DNA of 64,000 nucleotides from an uncultured Chloroflexia bacterium (GCA_963765765.1 CAVXYC010000020.1:352001-416000), one strand, 5' to 3'; positions 1 to 10,265 are shown, counted from the first letter of the stretch. Made by a program: numbers and translations. The notes: generated from the sequence alone by a model not told the origin.

Positions 1-720
1 GGCCAAGGGCATGGTCCGCCACCCCGCCAAATTCCCCGAATCGCTGGCGCAGGAGTTCATCGAGTTCTTCACGAAGCGCGGCCAATTGGTACTCGACCCG
101 ATGGTAGGAACGGGTAGCACGCTCGTAGCCGCGGCACGCGCTGGCCGCGCCGGAGTGGGCATCGAGCTAAGTGACGAGTTTGCGAGCATCGCCGAGCAAG
201 AGCTCCAGCGTGTGGCCGAGGACGAGCTACTCGATCTTTCAAACATCAGACTGTTCCATGAGGATGCTCGGAATATCGCATCTCTCGAGCTCCCGCCAGT
301 GGACTACTGCATCACCAGCCCACCGTATTGGGACATGCTTCGCCAGAAGGGGTACGAGACTCAGCGAGAGCGACAGGACCGCGGTCTTCCAGTGACGTAC
401 TCAGACGCAGACGACGACCTGGGAAACATCGCCGATTACGATAAGTTCCTCGAGCAGCTCACTCGGCATCTACGTCGAGCATTCACGCCGTACTTCGGCC
501 GGGCGCCTATTTCACGGTCATAGTAAAAAATGTGAAGAAAGGCCCGCGCATGTACCCGCTCGCGTGGGATATCGCCCGCGGCATCAGCTCACACTTCACG
601 CTAAAAGACGAGCGCATCTGGTGCCAGGACGATCAGCGCCTGGCGCCGTACGGCATGTTCAACGCCTGGGTGAGCAACACACACCACCACTATTGCCTGA
701 TGTTCCGTAAGGAGCCGTAA
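1..720 (+). CDS. N4/N6 DNA methyltransferase (probably 5'-partial; frameshift near 470-530)
   Basis: ORFs 11..523 and 532..720. Motifs HPAKFP, motif I LVLDPMVGTGST, motif IV TSPPYW; C-terminal HHYCLMFRK is typical of this family. Confidence 0.85.
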
Positions 721-1317
721 GAAGGGGCCGCATCCCGTGGAGGTGCGGTTCTTCCTGCCGAACCCCCGGCCCGCGAGTTGCGTTGATCAACCAGCCTCCG
801 AGCCGCGCACGTGGGATTCGGTTTCCAAAGGGAGACGATCGGGGACGCTACTTTCTACACATGGCGACGAAGCGATTTGTCGACTTCCCGGGCCGCGGTG
901 GTCTCGTTTGGCGTTCCCGCGACATACCCTATCCAATCGAATTCAAGGCGTATTGGATGGTTCTGGTGATCCAGGCCATTCCGACGAGCCGTAGGTACGA
1001 TCAGGAAAGAAACCCAATCCCGGCTCACATGACGGGAATCAAGCTCGGTGACGCCTCGGCCCAGATCGATGCGGCTGCTCAGATCTAAATGAGCTCGGCG
1101 CCGCCAGCTGCCCAATCGCCGCGCGCGGCTCGGGCGCCAGCTAAAAAAGCTGAGTTGTCACGCAGATGCGGCCGCCTGTGCGTGCCGACACCGCCTGGTA
1201 CGGAATCCATGTGTATGAAGGAGATCGATCTCAGCCCCTTCGGCCTCGTCGATTTACACCATCCCCGAGCGTCCCAGTAACGAGGCACGATCCAAACCTA
1301 CGCAATGGGAGGAAATC

Positions 1318-2003
1318 ATGCGAAAGATTATCTGGGCGGCATTTGTGAGTCTCGATGGTGTCATGCAGGCGCCAGGTGGCCCCGAAGAAGATCCCACAGG
1401 AGATTTCAAATTCGGCGGCTGGACAACGACCTACTGGGACGACGCGATTGGTCAGGCACTCTCTGAGACCTTCGGCCAACACTACGATCTGCTGCTCGGA
1501 CGCAAGACCTACGAGATTTTCGCCGCGCACTGGCCATATATCGAAGTGGATGCATCAAAAAGCTCATTTGACGCTGCGGAGGCCAGCGTTGCCAACACGT
1601 TCAATAAGGTCACGAAGTACGTGGCCAGCCGCACCAGGCCTGAGCTCGCCTGGCAGAACAGCAAGTGGCTGGGCCAGGATGCCGTAGCCGCCGTCCGTGA
1701 CTTAAAGCCGACGACGGTCCGGATCTGCTGATTCAGGGCTCCAGTGACTTCAGTCAGTCACTGCTTGCTGCCGATCTGATCAACGACATTCGACTCATCA
1801 TCTATCCGCTAGCGCTTGCCAAGGGAAAACGCTTGTTCGGCGCCGGCACAATTCCGGGCGCCTTCAAGTTGACCCGCTGCACATCCTCGGAGAGCGGCCT
1901 CATCGCCGCCTCGTACGAGCGCGCTGGTGACATTCAGACAGGTTCCTTCGCCCCGGACACTCCGTCGGATGCAGAGATAGATCGGCGAAAGAATCTCAAA
2001 TGA
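1318..2003 (+). CDS. DHFR-family (RibD C-terminal domain) protein, frameshift near 1710
   Basis: MRKII..FVSLDGVMQAPGGPEED..LLLGRKTYEIF; the other frame continues LLIQGSSDF..YPL.L.KGKRLF to TGA at 2001-2003; GGAGG RBS. Confidence 0.85.
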
Positions 2004-2088
2004 GTAGGTGATCCTATGCGCCCAGGTAGAGCGTGACTTCCCAATTCACAACGATTTTCCGAGAACCATGAACACGAGAGGACAAAAC

Positions 2089-2496
2089 ATGAGCACCAAG
2101 ATCTTCATCAACATGCCGGTAAAGGATCTAAATAGGTCAATGGAGTTTTTCAGAGCGATCGGCTGGACGTTCAACCAACAGTTCACCGACGAGACGGCGG
2201 CGTCTATGGTCATCACGGATGACATTTACGCCATGCTGCTCACCCATGAGAAATTCAGCGAATTTACGGATAGGAAGATCGCCGACACGGGCACGGCGGA
2301 AGTGCTGATCGCTCTTAGCGTGGACAGTAAAGCTGACGTGGATCGAATTGCTGACGCCGCGCTTAAAGCGGGTGGCAAGGAAGCTAAACCGCCACAAGAT
2401 TACGGCTTCATGCAGCTACGCACGTTCCTCGATCTCGACGGCCACCATTGGGAGATCCTGTACATGGATCCCAACCACGTCCAGCCAACGGCGTAA
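2089..2496 (+). CDS. VOC/glyoxalase family protein
   Basis: MSTKIFINMPVKDLNRSMEFF..FNQQFTDETAA..QDYGFM..DLDGHHWE; GAGAGGA RBS before the ATG at 2089. Confidence 0.9.
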   Translation: MSTKIFINMPVKDLNRSMEFFRAIGWTFNQQFTDETAASMVITDDIYAMLLTHEKFSEFTDRKIADTGTAEVLIALSVDSKADVDRIADAALKAGGKEAKPPQDYGFMQLRTFLDLDGHHWEILYMDPNHVQPTA

Positions 2497-2926
2497 GTCG
2501 GCTGACGTCACATCAGGAAGCCCTCACGCTACGGAGGGTCGCTCGGTCATGAACGAGTCCCGTGCTCACTCGTCCATGACCGGCGCGAACGACATGGCTC
2601 ACCGTTCAGCTTGAACGGGCTGACCGATTGGCTCGGTGGTCCCGTCGGGTAAGCTCTCATTGGTGTTATGCGCACCAGATTCTGCGTGGCGCCCACTAGA
2701 ACGAGACGCTCTCGGCATCGAGTCGCTGGGCCATTCGTCGGCCGAACAGCAGTCGGTTGGAGCTTCCTGGGTGCGTGAGCAGTCGATTCGCCGGGCAGCG
2801 GATTGCCCGGCGTCCAGGGTTAGGTACAGCTTCAGGTGATCAGCGTAGTGAACTCCCGCCACTCCGGCGAGTTCCCTCTCAGCCCGCGTACACAGCTGAC
2901 TTGGCTTGGGCTGCGCGGGTAGCAGG

Positions 2927-3646
2927 GTGCTGCTCACGGTCATGACCTACAACGTCGGCAACGGCCTGGCTCGGCCCGAGCGGCTGGTAAGGCTGTTGCG
3001 TGAGGCGGCTGCCGACCTGGTCGGCTTGCAGGAGCTCACCGCCGCGCAGGCGCTGGCGTTGCAGACGGAGCTAGCTAACTTATACCCGTACCAGGTCCTT
3101 ACACCCACTGGCTTCACCGGCAAGGGCGTGCTGAGCCGCTACCCGGTGGTGTCACACGAACGACTCGAGCTGTACCCGGACCGCCCCGACGCGCGAGCTA
3201 CGGTTGAGGTTGAAGGCACACGTCTCAATTTCCTGGTCGCGCACCCACCTCCCCCAGGCTTGAGCGGTCTTCGCATCAACTTCCACCCCATGGCGGTGTC
3301 CCAACTGGACACGCTCGCTACCCTGGCGCTCGAGCATGCGCCCAGCGTACTGGTGGGTGATTTCAACATGACCCCTCGCAACCCGGTGTACGCCCGGTTT
3401 GTGGCCGCCGGGCTCGAGGACGCCTTTGCCACTACCGGCTCCGGCCTGGGTTGGACCTTCCCGAAGCGACTGGGACACTCGGCGCGCATCAGGCATCGGC
3501 TGCACGGATTCCCACTGCGCCTCGTCACCCGATTCGATTACATCTGGACTACGCCAGGATTACAGGCCGAGTCAGCATGGGTTGGCGCCGATGCCGGGTC
3601 GGACCACTTGCCGGTACTGGCTCGAGTCGTGCTTCCGCCCGTGTGA
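2927..3646 (+). CDS. endonuclease/exonuclease/phosphatase (EEP) family protein
   Basis: Motifs VMTYNV, GLQE, GDFN, FDYIW, SDHLPV. Confidence 0.9.
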   Translation: MLLTVMTYNVGNGLARPERLVRLLREAAADLVGLQELTAAQALALQTELANLYPYQVLTPTGFTGKGVLSRYPVVSHERLELYPDRPDARATVEVEGTRLNFLVAHPPPPGLSGLRINFHPMAVSQLDTLATLALEHAPSVLVGDFNMTPRNPVYARFVAAGLEDAFATTGSGLGWTFPKRLGHSARIRHRLHGFPLRLVTRFDYIWTTPGLQAESAWVGADAGSDHLPVLARVVLPPV

Positions 3647-3651
3647 CGCGG

Positions 3652-5652
3652 TCAGACGTGCTGGCTCAGGAACGCGTGCAGCTGCTCGGCCCCGACGATT
3701 GGCTCCGAGAGCGGCCCCCACTCAGACGGGTACAGCAGGAATGGCGCGGTCTGGGCGCCACCGGCGCCGCCGTGGCAGCCGATAAGCTCCTCGAAGGCCG
3801 CCACCTGCCCGGTCTCGGGCTCCCACAGACTGTTCACGACAAGGTCACCGACATCGGTGTAGGTGGACAGGCGCCGCAGGAAGTGGGACGTGCTGGGGCT
3901 TAACCCGGCGAGCGGGTCCTCCCCCGTCACACTGTCATCCTGGAGGTTACGTTGGCCTCTGGGACCCAGCACGACGGGCCCCCCTGCGACCTCCGACTCG
4001 ACGAGCACGAACCCGATGCCCGGATGTCGGACAAGCTCCTCGAGCAGCCCCGGATAAACCCTGTCGATGGCTTCCAGGCTGAGACGCTCAGAGTACTGAG
4101 TAAAGTACACCAGCGCCAGGTTCCCGGAGGCGCAAACCACGACGTTCGCATCGTTGACTGGTGGACGATCTCGGGCCGCCGGATCAAGCGCCTCAGGCCG
4201 CCCGATGCCAAGGTGCTGCACGATCCAGCGCCCCGCGCCTCCCACGGCGCCGCCGAGTGGCGTAACCTCACTGACCAGCGCGTCAACCTGACCCGGGCCC
4301 TCACCACTGCCAGCCGCCAGTCGGACATCCGTGTCAGGCAACAAGCTCCTTACCAGCTCGTCGAGCGTCTGCCCGAACCGCTGGTGAAATGTCGCCCCGG
4401 TACTCTGGCCGTGGTCCGATAGCACGACGAACCGGTATTGACGGGGCGCCCGCCGGGCAGCGCTCTCCAGCTGCTGAAGCTGCCCCTCCATCTTACGCAG
4501 CACACTACGGGCGTCTTCTGTTGCGGGCCCGGCGTGGTGCGCCACCTCGTCGTAGCCAAGGTAGTCCGCATACACGACACGTCGGCCGGCGAACATGTCA
4601 GCCACGATCGTCCACGTTGTGATGTCACGCAGCAGGACCACCGTGATCGAGCGTGCGAGCCGATAACTGCGGTCGCGCTCCATCCGTGGCTGAACATCAT
4701 CTAGGCGCTGCCGGCGGGCCTGCCGGCGCTCCAGCAGCACGTCCCACAACATGGCGCCCAGGGCCCGGTATAGGTTGTAAGGATTGACAAAGTAGTCGTA
4801 GAGGTCGCGTGACCTAACCGTGAGCTGGCCCGACTCACTGGTCAGGTGGCTCATGGTGACCACACAGTGTTCGGCGCCGCCGGCGACGATGTTGGCGACA
4901 CTGGAGCCTTCCTCGCGCAAGAGGCCGTGATCGGTTGACTGGCGCTGGTCGATCAGATGCGCATCGTTGGGGTGGTTGGACACCATCAGGCGACCACTCG
5001 ACTTCTCATACCAGCGGAAGGCAGGAATGTTGGCGTTGTTCCCATACAGGATGCCCGTTTGGCCACTGGTGGTCATTGACGGGAGATCACACTCCCAACC
5101 CTCGAGTCGGTGGCTGCCCGAAGCGAGCCAGCGCGCCAGGGTCGGCAGCCCGCCAGCTTCGAGCTCGTGCCGCAGGATCGGCTCCGCCAGGCCATCGATC
5201 TGGATCAGAATCGTGCCGGGCTCGTTCAGGTCAGAGGTCGGGACGCGGCGCCTCTGCAGCCAACGCACGACGTTTCGATAGAACGAGTCGTCGTCATTGA
5301 TCCCGAGCAGACCGCTGAGGAGCGTATTCAGAATGGCCAGACCGAACGCGAGCAGAAACGCGGTCCAGAAGCCATCAACCGCGAAGCCCGGCACGATCGC
5401 CGCGGCGACGAGCACGATCAGTCCGTTAAGGGCGAAAGCGGTCAGCAAAAAGCGCGCCAGGCCCAGGTTGACCGACAGCAGCATGATTGCGGGCCGAACC
5501 AGCGCGTTGAGCGCGCCGATGACCAGCACCACCAGGAGGCCGCTTTTCCAATCGGCAACAAAGACCCCAGGCAGGAGCCGCACCAGCACCGCCAGGGCGA
5601 CGGCCTCAATGGCCCAGGTGACGAGGCCGCGAATCGTGAGCTTGACTAGCAT
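3652..5652 (-). CDS. 4-TM phage-holin-like domain fused to alkaline phosphatase/phosphodiesterase domain
   Basis: Hydrophobic N-terminus (LNALVRP..F.VDGFW.A) followed by IQIDGL, YDEVAHHAG, SDHGQ and HGG metal motifs. Confidence 0.85.
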   Translation of the reverse strand: MLVKLTIRGLVTWAIEAVALAVLVRLLPGVFVADWKSGLLVVLVIGALNALVRPAIMLLSVNLGLARFLLTAFALNGLIVLVAAAIVPGFAVDGFWTAFLLAFGLAILNTLLSGLLGINDDDSFYRNVVRWLQRRRVPTSDLNEPGTILIQIDGLAEPILRHELEAGGLPTLARWLASGSHRLEGWECDLPSMTTSGQTGILYGNNANIPAFRWYEKSSGRLMVSNHPNDAHLIDQRQSTDHGLLREEGSSVANIVAGGAEHCVVTMSHLTSESGQLTVRSRDLYDYFVNPYNLYRALGAMLWDVLLERRQARRQRLDDVQPRMERDRSYRLARSITVVLLRDITTWTIVADMFAGRRVVYADYLGYDEVAHHAGPATEDARSVLRKMEGQLQQLESAARRAPRQYRFVVLSDHGQSTGATFHQRFGQTLDELVRSLLPDTDVRLAAGSGEGPGQVDALVSEVTPLGGAVGGAGRWIVQHLGIGRPEALDPAARDRPPVNDANVVVCASGNLALVYFTQYSERLSLEAIDRVYPGLLEELVRHPGIGFVLVESEVAGGPVVLGPRGQRNLQDDSVTGEDPLAGLSPSTSHFLRRLSTYTDVGDLVVNSLWEPETGQVAAFEELIGCHGGAGGAQTAPFLLYPSEWGPLSEPIVGAEQLHAFLSQHV

Positions 5653-5969
5653 CAGGCGGCGCGCGTGCGCGTCTTCTCGCTGCACAGACTGTCCACGGTG
5701 CCCAGGTCCTGGATCGCCTCTAGCCGGCGCACGATCACTTTCTCCCAAACCATGCGCTGTGCATTCGCGCTCAGCATGGCGGTCGCAATTATCGACAGGA
5801 ATTCGGTTGTGAGGCCAGCCGCCCAGAGACACCGCGAAAAGCTCGACTCGAGTGGATCCTGGCACCACAGAGCGTTCACCTGGAAGACAAGAGCGCTACC
5901 CACCACCTGTGCTCGGGATGGCACGCGATCCGCTTCGTCGGCAACCCTGACACTTGATGGTCACGGCAA

Positions 5970-6806
5970 TCAGGCGTCGCGAAGCACGCGATCCAGCGTC
6001 TTCGCAAATTTATCCGGGTGCTCGCCAAACCCGCCGTGGTCGCCCGGGAAGACCACCGGATCGATACCGAGCAGGCCTGCCAGTGCCCTGGCGGACCGAT
6101 TCGCGATCTGCCCGTCTGTTTCTTCTCCAACTCCCACAATAACCTTGACCTCACCGGAGCCTAGGCTGACCGTGTCTGGCACGTAATACGAGATCGGCTT
6201 GAGACCGTGCGCGAAGAAATAGTCCAGGTTGCCGCCGATGCGAGCGAACGCTTCCGCGGCCTCGGGAGGCATTTGGGCCGGATCCGGCGGCCCCTGAGCA
6301 CCATCGAGCCCGGCCATGCTCATAAACAGCTGCATCGCCGCTCCTGCGCCATCTCGTCGATACGCGGATTCGATCTCATCAGTTGATCGCATGATCGCCG
6401 ATTTGTCGGGAAGAAGCTGGACGCACGGCGGCTCGTGCGCCACCAGGCGCCGCACGCTCTCAGGATGCCGCGCCGCGAGATTGAGCCCGATCTGCGCGCC
6501 GCCACTGTTTCCGAACACGTACGCTGGACCAGCACCGAACGACTCAATGAGTCGCGCTGCGTCATCGCCGTGCACGTCCATTGATTGTTCGACAGGTGCG
6601 GCATCAAACGTGCTGCGGGAGTTTCCCCGAGGATCGTACGCGACGACCGTATAGCGGTCGGCAAGAGAAGGGACGAGCCCGTCGTAGATGCCGGCGTCCG
6701 TTGGGCCACCAGGGATAAGTAGCAGGAGAGGGCCTGAGCCGTGCGTCTCGTAGTAGATCGAGGCTCCAGGTACCTTGAGCGCCTGTCCGTGTTGAGTGGT
6801 TGCCAT
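5970..6806 (-). CDS. alpha/beta hydrolase
   Basis: GSGPLLLLIPGG, YDPRGNSRS, nucleophile GNSGG, AHEPP, PGDHGG; GGAGG RBS. Confidence 0.9.
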   Translation of the reverse strand: MATTQHGQALKVPGASIYYETHGSGPLLLLIPGGPTDAGIYDGLVPSLADRYTVVAYDPRGNSRSTFDAAPVEQSMDVHGDDAARLIESFGAGPAYVFGNSGGAQIGLNLAARHPESVRRLVAHEPPCVQLLPDKSAIMRSTDEIESAYRRDGAGAAMQLFMSMAGLDGAQGPPDPAQMPPEAAEAFARIGGNLDYFFAHGLKPISYYVPDTVSLGSGEVKVIVGVGEETDGQIANRSARALAGLLGIDPVVFPGDHGGFGEHPDKFAKTLDRVLRDA

Positions 6807-6853
6807 GTGCTGCCTCCATTCGACTCCCCGCCGGGAATCGATTACAAACAGGA

Positions 6854-6880
6854 GACGGATGAGAAGCTACCGAATCGACA
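6854..6880 (-). promoter_or_regulatory. putative ECF-sigma promoter TGTCGA-N17-CGTC
   Basis: Minus strand TGTCGA ttcggtagcttctcatc CGTC upstream of the hydrolase; same motif and spacing at 7118-7144. Confidence 0.45.
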
Positions 6881-6925
6881 GTTTCTGGCACTGATCAGGG
6901 ACGCCTGCCTTACCGTGGAGCTGAA

Positions 6926-7000
6926 TGGCGAGCACGGAGGGATTCGAACCCCGATACCTGGTTCCGAAGAAGAGTGCTCTACCCGCTGAGCTACGGGTGT
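6926..7000 (-). pseudogene. degenerate full-length copy of tRNA-Arg(TCG)
   Basis: Reverse complement ACACCCGTAGCTCAGCGGGTAGAGCACTCTTCTTCGGAACCAGGTATCGGGGTTCGAATCCCTCCGTGCTCGCCA aligns to 22770-22845, but the acceptor and anticodon stems no longer pair. Confidence 0.8.
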
Positions 7001-7117
7001 GCGCATCGCTGAGAAACACTGTCATACGGCTAGCTCAATCACTCAGTGTCGCGGCAACTTCTCGTGCACTGACTAACGTCCGAGCCATGCTTTCATCGAG
7101 CGAGATTTCCCAACCGA

Positions 7118-7144
7118 TGTCGAATCGTGCCTTCCCCGTTCGAC
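7118..7144 (+). promoter_or_regulatory. putative ECF-sigma promoter TGTCGA-N17-CGAC
   Basis: TGTCGA atcgtgccttccccgtt CGAC about 50 bp upstream of the DHFR-like ATG at 7195. Confidence 0.45.
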
Positions 7145-7194
7145 CTATGAGTGAGCTGGTGCTCCGGCCCACGCATTGAAACGGGAGAGAGAAG

Positions 7195-7836
7195 ATGAGA
7201 AAGATCATTTCGGCCGCGTTCGTCAGTCTTGATGGCGTCATGCAGGCTCCGGGCGGTCCTGAGGAGGACCCAACGGGCGGCTTCGAGTACGGCGGTTGGA
7301 CTGCCCCATACTGGGACGAGAACTTCGGTCAGGGCACGGCGGAGAACTTCGGTCGCCCGTTCGATCTTCTGTTGGGCCGCAAGACGTATGAGATATGGGC
7401 TGGTTATTGGCCACATGTCGACGTCGATCCTAGCGCGAGCACGTTCAACGAGCTGATGGCAGCCATCGCAAACAACTTCAACAGCGCCACGAAATACGTG
7501 GCCACACGCTCAGAACCCGAGCTGACCTGGCAGAACAGCAAGTGGCTGGGCGATGACGCAGTGGCCTCCGTCCGCGACTTGAAGGCAGGCGATGGCACGG
7601 ATCTGCTCATCCAGGGCTCCAGCGACTTTTCCCAGTCGCTCATTGCCGCTGACCTGATTGACGAGTATCGACTGCTGATCTACCCACTGATCCTGGGTAA
7701 GGGCAAGCGACTGTTCGGGGAGGGCGTCGTTCCGGTCGCATTCAAGCTGACCCGCTCGGTTGCTTCGCCGAGCGGTGTGATCGTCGCCTCGTACGAACGG
7801 GACGGTGATATCAAGACGGGTTCATTCGAGCTCTAG
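7195..7836 (+). CDS. DHFR-family (RibD C-terminal) protein, paralog of 1318..2003
   Basis: MRKIISAAFVSLDGVMQAPGGPEED..GRKTYE..LIDEYRLLIYPLILGKGKRLF. Confidence 0.9.
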   Translation: MRKIISAAFVSLDGVMQAPGGPEEDPTGGFEYGGWTAPYWDENFGQGTAENFGRPFDLLLGRKTYEIWAGYWPHVDVDPSASTFNELMAAIANNFNSATKYVATRSEPELTWQNSKWLGDDAVASVRDLKAGDGTDLLIQGSSDFSQSLIAADLIDEYRLLIYPLILGKGKRLFGEGVVPVAFKLTRSVASPSGVIVASYERDGDIKTGSFEL

Positions 7837-7905
7837 AGGTAGACAGCCCGAACCGCAAGAATTCATCACTTGATCAACTCGACCACAAATGAAAGATGAG
7901 ACACT

Positions 7906-8331
7906 ATGAGCTACAAGATTTGCGTCAACCTGCCGGTAAAGCACCTGAAAAAATCAATCGAGTTCTTCAAGGCGCTCGGCTGGACGTTCAACCCCCAGTT
8001 CACCGACGAGACAGCAGCCTCACTGGTCATCTCAGACGAGATCTATGCCATGCTGCTCACGCACGAAAAATTCAGTGAGTTCACCGACCGGAAGATAGCC
8101 GACCCGGGCACGGTAGAAATGACGATCGCCCTCGGCGTCGATAGCAAGGCTGAGGTCGACCGCATCGCGGACGCCGCCATCGCAGCCGGCGGAAAGGAAG
8201 CCGAACCCCCGCAGGATTACGGCTTCATGCAGCAACGGAGCTTTCTCGACCTCGACGGACACGGTTGGGTGGTTCTCTACATGGATCCTGCCCAGGTTGC
8301 AGGCCGCCTCATAATGTTCCGAGCATCCTGA
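7906..8331 (+). CDS. VOC/glyoxalase family protein, paralog of 2089..2496
   Basis: NLPVK..FNPQFTDETAA..QDYGFM..DLDGH. Confidence 0.88.
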   Translation: MSYKICVNLPVKHLKKSIEFFKALGWTFNPQFTDETAASLVISDEIYAMLLTHEKFSEFTDRKIADPGTVEMTIALGVDSKAEVDRIADAAIAAGGKEAEPPQDYGFMQQRSFLDLDGHGWVVLYMDPAQVAGRLIMFRAS

Positions 8332-8432
8332 GCCGGCACGTAAACGGAGCGCAATTCAACCCGGTCGTGGGCGAATCGGCGATGCCGGTTCGCTCGCGAT
8401 TGGCAAATGACCGCCAGGAGAAGGGATCAGAC

Positions 8433-8800
8433 ATGAAGCGAGAAAGCATCGCCTACTGGGTCTTCAACGGGCTCTTCGCCGCGTTCATGGGACTGGGAGC
8501 GATTCCTGACAGGATAATGATTCCGGAAGCGGTCGAGCTGTTCGATCTGCTTGGGTATCCGACCTACTGCTACCGTTTCTCGGTATCGCCAAGTTGCTCG
8601 GGGCAGCGGTTGTGTTACTGCCCGCTCCAGCCACGCTCAAAGAGTGGGCATATGCCGGGCTAGCCTTTGACCTGCTGGGCGCGCTGTACTCCCATCTCAG
8701 GATCGCGACACGAGCTATGGTGGGGCCCGATGATTCCCCTCGTGCTCCTGGTGCCCGCGTACGTCCTTTATCGGAAACGACAATCGCCCGCCGGTGCTTC
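8433..8800 (+). CDS. DoxX-like membrane protein (frameshifted; end approximate)
   Basis: IAYWVFNGLFAAFM..LLGYPTY / LGIAKLLGAAVVL.P..LKEWAYAGLAFDLLGALYSH spread over two frames. Confidence 0.75.
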
Positions 8801-8883
8801 GATTTCAGGGCTCAACTGCCTGACTGTCGCGCCAGCGGGGTTCGCCAGGTCGGGCCATCCACACGTCCCGTCCGCTCACGACG

Positions 8884-9090
8884 CTAGCGCCGGACCAGGT
8901 ACCTGAGGTGGAGGGCACGACGACCCTGGAATACGACCGGGTCGTCGAGGAGCTGGTGCCGCGACCCAGCCCTGCGAAGGGAATTCCATCGCCGACCAGC
9001 ACGGGCACAAGGCTGACGCACACCTCGTCCACCAATCGGAGCCCGAGCGCCTGCTGAGCGATGTTCGCGCTCGCGATACGGACGTCTTCA
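8884..9090 (-). pseudogene. C-terminal remnant of a DHFR-family protein
   Basis: Fragments ASANIAQQALGL, LVDEVCVSLVPVLVGDGIPF and HLRYLVRR*; no N-terminus. Confidence 0.65.
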
Positions 9091-9310
9091 GCACCAGGAG
9101 GCTCTTAATGCGCTCCAGTAGATCATGAGCGACTTACTTGATCTCGGTGCGCTCCTCGGTCGTGAGTTCGGGGGAGGGGCGGGTGAGGATGTCGAAGATG
9201 ACTAGCTCTTCCTCAATTGGGTTTCACAGACGTGCCACTCCTGCTCATCATCCAGGCTGTTACTTAGTTTGAGTAGCTCCTCATAGAGCTCGTCGATACT
9301 GGAGCTCGTC
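9088..9310 (-). pseudogene. hsdR: type I restriction subunit R (HsdR) C-terminal remnant
   Basis: SIDELYEELLKLSNSLDDEQ.. then EELVIFDILTRP..ELTTEERTEIK*VAHDLLERIKSLLVL resembles the HsdR C-terminal (DUF3387-like) region; contains an internal stop. Confidence 0.65.
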
Positions 9311-9357
9311 GATACTGCAGCTGCCGACATTAAGCCCCCGGCGGACATCCTGGATGT

Positions 9358-9421
9358 GCATTTGAACTGAAGATTGAGGTGCGCCCGGAGGGATTCGAAC
9401 CTCCGACACCTGGTTCCAAAG
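9358..9421 (-). repeat. att site: 3' half of tRNA-Arg(TCG) plus about 20 bp of downstream flank; direct repeat of 22751-22814
   Basis: gcatttgaactgaagattgaggtgcgcccggagggattcgaacctccgacacctggttccaaag versus gcatttgaactgaaaatgatggcgcgcccggagggattcgaacccccgacacctggttccgaag. Confidence 0.9.
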
Positions 9422-9772
9422 TTCGGAGCGGTCGTGCGACCCAGTGCTGCGCCCACCATTGCTGAACTGACGGAACTACCTTCCGTGCGGCCGAGAGCCG
9501 CCGGTTCGACGCCTGTCTGACCAGGATTGGGATCACCATTGGGCTCAACTTGCTCGGTGGACTGAACACAAGGAGTCCGGTGAGCGCCAGATCAGCGCCC
9601 GTCTGAGCCAAGTGGCCAGAGCCACCTGGGCCCGCCTTTTACCCGCACCGCTTTGGAGGGTGTGATGTCGCGGCAGACGACCTGTCGATGATTGCACCAA
9701 GCTGGCCGAGAAGGACGGCCTGTGCCGTGATGACTACATCAGGTGGCGCCAGTCGGCTCACAGGGCCCCCGG

Positions 9773-10215
9773 TGACCGTGCCCGCAACCCCGTCACTCAA
9801 CCCTCTCCCGGCCAAGTTTGGGATCGGGTCAGGAGGGCTCGAACGTGCTGGCTCTGGATCGGAAACATCAAGAATGGCTACGCCCGCTATTGGGACGGGA
9901 AGACCCCAGGTCGGCCCACCGTATCGCCTACGAACACTCTGTCGGCCCGATACCCGGGGAACGTTCTCGCCAGTACCTGCCCTGACGGCCCTCAGCATTG
10001 CGTCTACTACGGGACTGGACCCCCGCCCGCCTCGGGCCAGCGCTACGACCGCGCCCTGGGCATCATCGGGACCGGGACGCTGCCGAACAGAGGCTGCCGC
10101 AATGGCCACCTCCAGACGCCCGAAAGCGTCGGCTCCGCCAGGACTCGCGTCACCGCTCTGCCTGGAATGCCAGCGTATCGCCCGGGTGCGCCAAGCCGCC
10201 CGTGGGGCGCACTTG
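9773..10215 (+). pseudogene. phage-type HNH endonuclease-like gene, multiply frameshifted
   Basis: Joined frames read KFWDRV..TCWLWIGNIKNGYARYW..AHRIAYEHSVGPIPG..TC..HCV..CRNGH..CLEC, the layout of phage HNH proteins with a C-terminal Zn finger. Confidence 0.7.
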
Positions 10216-10265
10216 GACAACTCGCGTACTGGGACGCAATCCCACCGGGAGGCTCGGCAAACGCA

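Noticed and set aside
737-1288. ORF 783..1088 as a cognate restriction endonuclease of the methyltransferase
   Set aside because: Short, with no recognisable catalytic motif; cannot be supported.
3652-5652. Prophage lysis gene
   Set aside because: The holin-like domain is fused to a phosphatase domain, and no phage structural genes are present.
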